Below, in pieces: positions 25,732 to 32,000 of a stretch of DNA of 32,000 bases. The notes beneath the pieces were generated by a model that saw only the letters and a program-made list of their open reading frames with translations, made no database searches and had not been told where the DNA came from. A program made the position numbers and the translations under genes. This DNA is from Massilicoli timonensis (GTDB lineage: Bacteria; Bacillota_I; Bacilli_A; Erysipelotrichales; Erysipelotrichaceae). Position 1 is the first letter of the stretch; each line of letters begins with the position of its first letter. The stretch lies in NCBI RefSeq assembly GCF_900199515.1, contig NZ_LT963434.1, positions 873,272 to 905,271 on the forward strand, in the 5' to 3' direction.

Positions 25732-26858
25732 GATTCCACCTCGATTTCTTCCATGAGCGAACGGATATACTGCTTTTGTACCTCACTCATTTCCTGATGA
25801 TTTTGCATGCGGTATAATTCTTCAAACAGCTCTGTTCCGCTTTTCTTGCGATCGACGCTCTGATTGCGCAATATGGATTCCTGCTTTCTTTGATTATCGT
25901 AATCCAGCTTCAACAGATTGGGATAAATCGTACGCAGCTTGCCCATAGCATTCACGATTTCCGTTTCATCACAAAGGGTAATATGCAGATAATCATCGGT
26001 ATTTTTATTTTCATAAAAGGCTTTGCTTGTAACCTCTGCATAAGTGCCTTTTAGTTGTACTACATCGTGCAGCGGCTGAAAAGGGATCGTATCGATCTGC
26101 ACCTTTCCTTTTTCTTTCAATTCAATGATCGTCATAGATTTTACATGATCGCTTTCTGAGAAAGAATATTTTAAGATCGAACCACTGTAACGGATCGCTG
26201 CCTTTCCCACCTGCTGCGGCTTATGCAGATGTCCTAATGCCACGTAATCAAAGCCCTGCAATAAAGAAACACTGATTTCCTCACTGCCGCCGATGCACAA
26301 ACGCTCAGAATCACAGCTCTCTCCACCGCTGAAAAACTGATGTGCGAGCAGCACTGCGCGTTTGTCTTTCGGAAGCGTGATCTGCTTCAATAAAAAAGCA
26401 AACGCATCTTCATAGGTATCGATCTGCACATCGGGATCAAGTGCACGCAGCATTGCCGGTTTCACAAAAGGAAGCAAATAAAACACCACGGTGCCAAACG
26501 CGTCTTCCTTTTCCACCGAAGTGATCGCTCCATCATAAAGAGAAGCGATATGAATATCATTTTCCTGCAGCAGGGAAGCCGCAAACGCAAGCCGTCTGCC
26601 CGAATCATGATTTCCGCTGATCAGATACACACTGATCCGATGCATGCTGAGCTGCTTCAAAAATGCGTCAAATAATAAGATCGCTTCTTCGCTCGGTATG
26701 CTTTTATCATAAATATCACCGGCAATGAGCAATCCGTCAATGTTCTTTTTTACCGCTGTCGAAACGATCTGATCTAAAATCAAGCGCTGATCTTCAAGCA
26801 GGCTGCATGCATGCAGACGTTTTCCTAAATGCAGATCGGAAATATGCATCAGTTTCAT
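25728..26858 (-). CDS. sbcD: Exonuclease SbcCD subunit D (Mre11-family phosphoesterase), 376 aa
   Basis: Calcineurin-like motifs HISDLHLG, AGDIYD, GNHD, ALGHLH. RBS AAAGGAGG. Confidence 0.9.
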   Translation of the reverse strand: MKLMHISDLHLGKRLHACSLLEDQRLILDQIVSTAVKKNIDGLLIAGDIYDKSIPSEEAILLFDAFLKQLSMHRISVYLISGNHDSGRRLAFAASLLQENDIHIASLYDGAITSVEKEDAFGTVVFYLLPFVKPAMLRALDPDVQIDTYEDAFAFLLKQITLPKDKRAVLLAHQFFSGGESCDSERLCIGGSEEISVSLLQGFDYVALGHLHKPQQVGKAAIRYSGSILKYSFSESDHVKSMTIIELKEKGKVQIDTIPFQPLHDVVQLKGTYAEVTSKAFYENKNTDDYLHITLCDETEIVNAMGKLRTIYPNLLKLDYDNQRKQESILRNQSVDRKKSGTELFEELYRMQNHQEMSEVQKQYIRSLMEEIEVES

Positions 26859-26933
26859 CGCGCGCCTCCTTTCTTTTTCCTTTTTTTCTTTTCTTTTATT
26901 CTATCATAGCCGCTTACGAAAATACAGTTGCGG

Positions 26934-26962
26934 TTGCGATTGTCGCTTTCTTATTATATAAT
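26934..26962 (+). promoter_or_regulatory. Promoter of gltX
   Basis: TTGCGA (26934-26939), 17 nt, TATAAT (26957-26962). The leader is short (~20-30 nt), leaving no room for a T-box. Confidence 0.55.
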
Positions 26963-26990
26963 GGAAAGGCTAATGAAAGGGGCAAAACTG

Positions 26991-28451
26991 ATGAATAAAG
27001 TAAGAGTGCGTTATGCGCCGAGTCCTACCGGTTTTTTACATATCGGCAATGCGCGGACAGCCATGTTCAACTATCTGTTCGCGAAGCATTACGGCGGGGA
27101 CTTTGTATTAAGAATCGAAGATACGGATATTGAAAGAAATGTTGAAGGGGGCGAAGAAAGCCAGCTGCACTATTTGAACTGGCTTGGCATCGATCCTGAT
27201 GAATCACCGCAGAAGCCGGGGGCATGCGGACCTTATCGTCAGATGGAAAGATTGGATCTTTACCGTGCGATCGTCGATGAGATGCTGGAAAAAGGCTATG
27301 CATATAAATGCTTTTGCACAGCGGAAGAGCTGGCAGAGGTCAAAGCCATTCAGGAAGCGCAGGGGCAGGCGCCGATGTATAATCGCAAGTGCGCCCATTT
27401 AAGTGCGGAAGAAATCGCAGAGAAAGAAGCGGCAGGCATGCCGTATGTCATTCGCGTCAAAGTACCGGAAGGCAAGACCTATACATTCGATGATATGATC
27501 CGTGGTACGATCTCATTTGAGTCCAAGGATATCGGCGACTGGGTCATCGTAAAAAGCAATGGGATCCCGACTTATAACTTTGCGGTCGTGGTCGATGATC
27601 ACCTCATGAATATCACCCATGTATTCCGTGGTGAAGAACATATTTCCAATACGCCGAAACAGCTGATGATCTATGATCTGATGGGCTGGGAACCGCCGAA
27701 ATACGGACATATGACGCTGATCGTCAATGAAAATAAAAAGAAGCTGTCGAAACGCGATCATTCGATCATGCAGTATATTTCACAATACGATGAAAGCGGC
27801 TATCTGCCGGAAGCGATGTTTAATTTCATGGCGCTGTTAGGCTGGTCGCCGGAGGGAGAAGAAGAAATCTTCAGCAAAGAAGAACTGATCGCGCAGTTCA
27901 GCGAACATCGTCTTTCCAAAGCGCCTTCGGTATTCGATGTTAATAAATTGAAGTGGGTCAATGCGCAATACATTCACAAAATGGACAGCGATGCGTTTTA
28001 TGCGCATGCTCTGCCGTATCTAAAAGCAGCGATCGAAAATCCGGATATCGATCTGAAAGCGTTATGCGCCATCATCCAGCCGCGTATTGAAACGTTCGGC
28101 GAGATCAAAGACGCTGTTGATTTCTTCAATGCGCTGCCATCCTATGACAATGCGTTATATACGCATAAGAAAATGAAAACCAACGCGGAAATTGCCCTTG
28201 CCTCATTGAAACTGGTCGTACCGGTCTTGGAGAAGCAGGAAGAATGGAGCAATGAAGCGCTGTATGAAACACTTTGTGCGATCGCCAAAGAGCACGCATT
28301 AAAAAACGGACAGGTGCTGTGGCCGGTGCGTACCGCTTTATCCGGGAAAGAACGGACGGCAGGCGGCGCAACGGAAATCGCCTTCCTGTTAGGCAAAAGC
28401 GAAACGATCAAACGCCTGCAGCAAGGTATCGCGCAGCTGGAAGCCGCTTAA
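26991..28451 (+). CDS. gltX: Glutamate--tRNA ligase, 486 aa
   Basis: Class I HIGH motif (PSPTGFLHIGNARTA) and KMSKS-type motif (KLSKRD). I chose the start at 26991 (MNKVRVRYAPSPTG, RBS GAAAGGGG), not the track start at 26928. Confidence 0.95.
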   Translation: MNKVRVRYAPSPTGFLHIGNARTAMFNYLFAKHYGGDFVLRIEDTDIERNVEGGEESQLHYLNWLGIDPDESPQKPGACGPYRQMERLDLYRAIVDEMLEKGYAYKCFCTAEELAEVKAIQEAQGQAPMYNRKCAHLSAEEIAEKEAAGMPYVIRVKVPEGKTYTFDDMIRGTISFESKDIGDWVIVKSNGIPTYNFAVVVDDHLMNITHVFRGEEHISNTPKQLMIYDLMGWEPPKYGHMTLIVNENKKKLSKRDHSIMQYISQYDESGYLPEAMFNFMALLGWSPEGEEEIFSKEELIAQFSEHRLSKAPSVFDVNKLKWVNAQYIHKMDSDAFYAHALPYLKAAIENPDIDLKALCAIIQPRIETFGEIKDAVDFFNALPSYDNALYTHKKMKTNAEIALASLKLVVPVLEKQEEWSNEALYETLCAIAKEHALKNGQVLWPVRTALSGKERTAGGATEIAFLLGKSETIKRLQQGIAQLEAA

Positions 28452-28463
28452 GCGCTGTTAATG

Positions 28464-28496
28464 AAAAACATTCACCGTTTGCGTGAATGTTTTTTT
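28464..28496. terminator. Bidirectional terminator between gltX and azlD
   Basis: AAAAACATTCAC-cgtttgc-GTGAATGTTTTT plus TT. The A-run on the other side supplies the minus-strand T-tract. Confidence 0.8.
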
Positions 28497-28610
28497 ATTC
28501 TCATGAGGATCTAACAATGAGATGTGGAAACGTGCTGTCGTTTATTGTCGAAAATCCATGTTTCCACCCATTTTCTCACTGCTTTGCTTCTAAAATAAAA
28601 ACCAAAATTT

Positions 28611-28928
28611 CTAACAGAAAGGAAGCAGGATCATATAACAGAGCGTTGAGAGGACGATGCTGAAAAGAGTATTTCGCTTCCATACCTGCAACAGCACAAC
28701 GAGCATCACACAGCCGATCTGTAAAAAAGCATGCGTCATTGCGACAGACGGCAGATCCTTTAAGCAATAGACCACAAGCATGCCCATCATCGCATAAGGA
28801 AGCCACGCACCCAGATCTTCGATCAGCGTGAACGGTCGTCTTTTCTGAAACAGGATAAACGGCAATGTACGCAATAAAAGTGTTACAAGCGCCATGACAG
28901 CGATCATGGACAAAGGATTTTCGATCAT
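28611..28928 (-). CDS. azlD: AzlD-family branched-chain amino acid transport protein, 105 aa
   Basis: Small protein with 3-4 TM segments following azlC. I chose the start at 28928, where ATGA overlaps the azlC stop, rather than 28970. Confidence 0.75.
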   Translation of the reverse strand: MIENPLSMIAVMALVTLLLRTLPFILFQKRRPFTLIEDLGAWLPYAMMGMLVVYCLKDLPSVAMTHAFLQIGCVMLVVLLQVWKRNTLFSIVLSTLCYMILLPFC

Positions 28929-29620
28929 TTTAACGCCTCCTTTTGGCGCAGCCTTTTTCGGATCGCACACAGCCAGATACAGATCAGCACCATCGCCGCA
29001 AGCAAGAAGTTATCTTTTCCAAATAGCAACAAACAAAGTGCGGAAACACCCAGACCGATCAAGGCCGGACGATGCTCTTTCACACTGATCCACTGTTCTA
29101 CAAATACCGTAACAAACAGCGCTGTCATCGAAAACTCGATGCCCGCCAGATCAAAGGGAATGATCGTACCAAGCAGGGAACCGCAAAGCGTACCGATCAC
29201 CCAGTACAGCTGATCAAAAAGCGAAACATAAAAATAATAGGCATGTGGGTCTGTTACGTTGCTTGGCGCACCATTGCAGACCAAAGAATAGGTTTCATCG
29301 CTCAAAGCATGCATCAGATACAGTTTCTTCCATCCTGCGCCCCGATAGCGCTTTAACATCGAAAGCCCGTAAAACAGATGCCGGGCATTGACCATAAACG
29401 CCGTCATAGCTGCCATCCATAGATTGGCGCTGCTGCTGAACAGCGAAACAGCCGCATACTGCAAAGAGCCGGCATAAACAAATACGCTCATCAAAAGGGC
29501 AAGTCCCATCCCATAACCCTTTGCTTTCATCAATATTCCAAACCCCATGCCAAGCACCAGATAACCGGCCATGACCGGTATCGTTTTTCCCCATGCCTGC
29601 CTGATCACTTCACGCTTCAT
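28925..29620 (-). CDS. azlC: AzlC-family branched-chain amino acid permease subunit, 231 aa
   Basis: Polytopic membrane protein with AzlC-like N-terminus (GKTIPVMAGYLVLGMGFG) and pairing with azlD. RBS AAAGGAGTGAGGGG. Confidence 0.8.
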   Translation of the reverse strand: MKREVIRQAWGKTIPVMAGYLVLGMGFGILMKAKGYGMGLALLMSVFVYAGSLQYAAVSLFSSSANLWMAAMTAFMVNARHLFYGLSMLKRYRGAGWKKLYLMHALSDETYSLVCNGAPSNVTDPHAYYFYVSLFDQLYWVIGTLCGSLLGTIIPFDLAGIEFSMTALFVTVFVEQWISVKEHRPALIGLGVSALCLLLFGKDNFLLAAMVLICIWLCAIRKRLRQKEALK

Positions 29621-29685
29621 CCCCTCACTCCTTTTATGATCCGGCTGTTTGCCGCCGTCATTCCTCTTGTTTTTATTTACGTTTC

Positions 29686-29714
29686 ATTATACCGACAGAT
29701 CGATTTCATGACAA
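29686..29714 (-). promoter_or_regulatory. Promoter of azlCD
   Basis: Minus strand reads TTGTCA (29709-29714), 17 nt, TATAAT (29686-29691). Confidence 0.6.
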
Positions 29715-29741
29715 GCATTTTATAAAATGCGGCTTTCATAG

Positions 29742-29764
29742 AAAAAGCCCGGCACCCGCCGGAC
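29742..29764 (-). terminator. Terminator of the cold-shock gene
   Basis: Minus strand reads GTCCGGC-gggt-GCCGGGC (one G-U pair) followed by TTTTTC. Confidence 0.7.
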
Positions 29765-29779
29765 TTTCCTCGCTGATTT

Positions 29780-29983
29780 TTATTCTACAACTGTTACGTT
29801 TGTTGCCTGCGGACCTCTGTCGCCTTCAACAACATCGTAAGTTACAGTCGCATTGTCTTCCAGTGTTTTGTATCCTTCCGCATTGATCGCAGAGAAGTGA
29901 ACAAAGATGTCCTCTCCTGCATCATTTGTGATGAATCCATAACCTTTCTCAGCATTAAACCATTTTACCTTACCTGTAAACAT
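29780..29983 (-). CDS. Cold-shock protein (CspA family), 67 aa
   Basis: RNP1 KGYGFI and RNP2 (D)IFVHF motifs. I chose the start at 29983 ([19 protein letters not shown]), not 30019. Confidence 0.95.
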   Translation of the reverse strand: MFTGKVKWFNAEKGYGFITNDAGEDIFVHFSAINAEGYKTLEDNATVTYDVVEGDRGPQATNVTVVE

Positions 29984-30076
29984 ATTCGCACCTCCCAGAA
30001 GAGCCATACAAACACTCAAATGATGCTCTATAACGGAATATCAAAACGAATGTATTGTGATAACTTTCTTAAATAT

Positions 30077-30105
30077 AGGATATACTGCAATGCTCAAACA
30101 GTCAA
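30077..30105 (-). promoter_or_regulatory. Putative csp promoter
   Basis: Minus strand reads TTGACT (30100-30105), 17 nt, TATCCT (30077-30082), giving a ~90-nt 5' UTR, which is usual for csp genes. The -10 is weak. Confidence 0.35.
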
Positions 30106-30133
30106 GTTTTTTTGCCTATTTTTCATTGAATTA
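30105..30133. repeat. Left copy of the 29-bp direct repeat (target-site duplication) flanking the IS
   Basis: AGTTTTTTTGCCTATTTTTCATTGAATTA is identical to 31659-31687. Confidence 0.85.
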
Positions 30134-31658
30134 TATGAATCGAAAATGATAATGTCTTAATGAAACGGAATTGAATTTGTCCCAAAAGTGATATATGATA
30201 AACCTTTCGTGAAAGAGAGGTTAATATGAGAGAGGTTGTATTAAGAATGAAAGAACAATATAAATATGAAATTATTAAAAAATTAGTTGATACCAACGGA
30301 AACAAGAAAAACGCTGCTTTGAAATTGCATTGCACGATCCGTACCGTGAATCGTTTGATTCTGTTATATCAGAATGAAGGAAAAGAAGGTTTTATCCATA
30401 AGAATAGAAACAGGAAACCTTCTACTACTATTCCTGAAGATACAAGACGTAAAGTGATCGATCTGTATCGTACTAAATATCACGATGCCAATTTTACTCA
30501 TTTTTCTGAACTCCTTTTGAAGAATGAGAATATTTCTGTTAGTGATTCTACTATTAAGAAATGGTTATTTGATGAAGGGATCCTTTCTCCTAAAGCAAGA
30601 AAGAAAACGATCAAAAAAATGAAATCTATCTTGAGCGAACATAAGAAACGATCAAATTCTAAAAAAGAACTGGTTAAGATCGAGGAAAAACTTGAACGCT
30701 TAGATAGATCTGATGCTCATCCTCGCCGTCCTCGTTGTGCTTACTTTGGTGAATTGATTCAGATGGATGCCTCTCCTCACCTTTGGTTTGGTGATACCAT
30801 CTCTCATCTTCATTTAGCGATCGATGATGCCACCGGTATGATCGTGGGTGCTTATTTTGATCGTCAGGAAACATTAAATGCTTATTATCAAATTACCTAC
30901 CAGATACTCACTGCTTATGGCATCCCTGCTAAGTTCTTCACAGACCGTCGTACTGTTTTTGAATACAAAAGAAAAAACGCATCTTCTGATGAAGAAGACA
31001 CGTTTACACAGTTCTCTTATGCCTGTCATCAATTAGGGATCGAATTAGAATGTTCAAGCGTTCCGCAAGCAAAAGGGCGTGTAGAACGCTTGAACCAAAC
31101 CCTGCAATCTCGTTTGCCTATTGAGCTTAGACTTGCAGGTATTTCCACCATAGAGGAAGCCAACGAGTTCTTAAACTCCTACATAAAAGAATTCAATGAC
31201 ATGTTCTCTCTACCCTTAAATAATACTAAAACAGTATTTGAAAAGCAACCAGAGAACACAAAAATCAATCAAATCTTAGCTGTATTGAGTACACGTAAAA
31301 TAGACAACGGTCACTGTATACGCTATAAGAACAAGTATTACATACCTGTTACAAAAAATGGAATCAGGACATACTTGAAAAAAGGTACTACAGCCATGGT
31401 CATCGAATCCTTTGAAGGAAGTTTATATGTCAATATTCTTGATCAGCTTTTCGTTATGGTAGAAATTCCTGAACATGAAGAACTATCTAAAACTTTTGAT
31501 GTACAATATGAGAAACCTAAACAAAGAAAGTACTATATACCGCCTATGTCACATCCTTGGAAACATGCTTCTTATCTCAATTATGTGGCAAAACAAAAGC
31601 ACCGAATGAACGGTGCTAATGTTTGACTTTTTTTGGGACATTTTCATTTTCGCTTGAC
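30134..31658 (+). mobile_element. Insertion sequence, IS1202-like (ISNCY family), about 1.52 kb
   Basis: Single transposase ORF. Imperfect terminal inverted repeats (left ATGAATCGAAAATGATAATGTCTTAA versus reverse complement of right GTCAAGCGAAAATGAAAATGTCCCAA, 20/26 identical). Flanked by a perfect 29-bp direct repeat. Visibly more AT-rich than the flanks. Ends are accurate to about 2 nt. Confidence 0.75.
30226..31626 (+). CDS. DDE (rve/integrase-core) transposase with N-terminal HTH, 466 aa
   Basis: N-terminal HTH (NAALKLHCTIRTVNRLI). Catalytic candidates are D in IQMDASPH, D in FFTDRRTVF and E in KGRVERLNQTLQ. RBS GAGAGG. Confidence 0.8.
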   Translation: MREVVLRMKEQYKYEIIKKLVDTNGNKKNAALKLHCTIRTVNRLILLYQNEGKEGFIHKNRNRKPSTTIPEDTRRKVIDLYRTKYHDANFTHFSELLLKNENISVSDSTIKKWLFDEGILSPKARKKTIKKMKSILSEHKKRSNSKKELVKIEEKLERLDRSDAHPRRPRCAYFGELIQMDASPHLWFGDTISHLHLAIDDATGMIVGAYFDRQETLNAYYQITYQILTAYGIPAKFFTDRRTVFEYKRKNASSDEEDTFTQFSYACHQLGIELECSSVPQAKGRVERLNQTLQSRLPIELRLAGISTIEEANEFLNSYIKEFNDMFSLPLNNTKTVFEKQPENTKINQILAVLSTRKIDNGHCIRYKNKYYIPVTKNGIRTYLKKGTTAMVIESFEGSLYVNILDQLFVMVEIPEHEELSKTFDVQYEKPKQRKYYIPPMSHPWKHASYLNYVAKQKHRMNGANV

Positions 31659-31687
31659 AGTTTTTTTGCCTATTTTTCATTGAATTA
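31659..31687. repeat. Right copy of the 29-bp direct repeat (target-site duplication)
   Basis: Identical to 30105-30133. Confidence 0.85.
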
Positions 31688-31761
31688 CAGTCATTTTTTA
31701 CGTTTTTATCCGATTTGCAGTATTTTGTGTCATCTAATTTTTCACTTATAAACACAGGCTT

Positions 31762-32000
31762 TCATCGATTCTTTTTCAGATGTGTCACTTTCCTATGATA
31801 CAGCCGACGCCCTTTGCGATAGCGAAATGCCAGGATCACTGCCCCAACCAACACGGCAATCAGTGCCGCCGCAATCGCATAAGGCAGCCAAGGATAAGCC
31901 GGGTCCTCACTGATCGCAGTAAACTCCGCAATGTCTTCTCCTGCTTTGACATCGTTTTGTTTCTGCTTCACAATGGCAAAGCTGCCCGCATATTTCGTCT
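31762..32000 (-). CDS. 3' end of a gene for a C-terminally membrane-anchored protein (partial, continues beyond the window)
   Basis: The frame stays open to the window edge (..TKYAGSFAIVKQKQNDV...). The C-terminus has a hydrophobic helix (YAIAAALIAVLVGAVILAF) followed by a basic tail RYRKGRRLYHRK. No LPXTG motif. The M in the track is a GTG inside the open frame. Confidence 0.5.
   Translation of the reverse strand, partial: TKYAGSFAIVKQKQNDVKAGEDIAEFTAISEDPAYPWLPYAIAAALIAVLVGAVILAFRYRKGRRLYHRKVTHLKKNR

Noticed and set aside
22996-26858. SbcC/SbcD considered as part of a defence system (Rad50/Mre11-like pairs occur in some anti-phage loci)
   Set aside because: This is the canonical ATGA-coupled sbcDC pair with standard motifs and a zinc hook. 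The flanks are housekeeping genes (tRNA, gltX), and there are no accessory nuclease, sensor or methyltransferase genes.
26865-26897. 33-nt pure pyrimidine run on the + strand (purine run on the sbcD strand) upstream of sbcD
   Set aside because: It contains the sbcD RBS (AAAGGAGG) and an A/G-rich leader. There is no mirror-repeat symmetry that would argue for a triplex element, so it is most simply a leader-composition effect.
28524-28567. 8-bp inverted repeat GTGGAAAC...GTTTCCAC between the azlD stop and the gltX terminator
   Set aside because: The loop is 28 nt and there is no T-tract on either strand. No partner motif occurs elsewhere in the window. The nearby bidirectional terminator at 28464-28496 already explains termination. 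It could be a protein-binding site, but nothing supports that.
31654-31700. TTGACA hexamer at the right IS end, facing outward (possible hybrid promoter)
   Set aside because: There is no acceptable -10 at 16-18 nt, and the neighbouring gene (31762-32000) is on the opposite strand, so nothing is there to drive.
1-32000. CRISPR arrays, rRNA genes, prophage or integrative-element boundaries at the tRNA-Gln gene
   Set aside because: I noticed no periodic direct repeats and no rRNA-like sequence. I also saw no integrase or duplicated tRNA 3' end near 22702-22777. The only repeat pair found is the IS target duplication.

Overview
The window looks like a chromosomal segment of a mid-GC Gram-positive organism. 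The signals are Bacillota-type: AGGAGG-type RBSs, TTGACA-17-TATAAT promoters, ATGA stop/start coupling and hairpin plus T-tract terminators. A gut Clostridia- or Erysipelotrichia-like origin is only a guess. I support 30 protein-coding regions (26 on the minus strand), one tRNA and one insertion sequence. I saw no rRNA, CRISPR array, prophage or recognisable defence island.

Gene content from left to right:
- A tightly coupled operon of an ankyrin-repeat protein, a divergent EF-G paralog and a SpoT-type HD hydrolase, preceded by a 24-codon leader ORF and a terminator.
- A FAD/Rieske oxidoreductase.
- An overlapping operon of U32 peptidase, MATE efflux protein and D-2-hydroxyacid dehydrogenase.
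- deoC.
- A fructosamine (frl/gfr-like) locus: GntR regulator, FrlD-like kinase, FrlB-like deglycase and a mannose-family PTS IIB/IIC/IID with no IIA.
- HAD hydrolase and EamA transporter.
- A second GntR regulator divergent from an MBL-fold hydrolase.
- pepP, a CpXC protein and a VOC protein.
- tRNA-Gln(CUG).
- sbcDC.
- gltX.
- azlCD.
- A cspA-family gene.
- An IS1202-like (ISNCY) insertion sequence flanked by a perfect 29-bp direct repeat.
- The 3' end of a membrane-anchored protein gene, cut by the window edge.

The best candidate for something undescribed is the leader-ORF / ANK / EF-G-paralog / alarmone-hydrolase module at 103-4095. The EF-G paralog has Tyr in place of the catalytic His. 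The HD hydrolase is flanked by two copies of an unknown ~58-aa domain. All functional calls rest on motif recognition by eye; no database search was possible.
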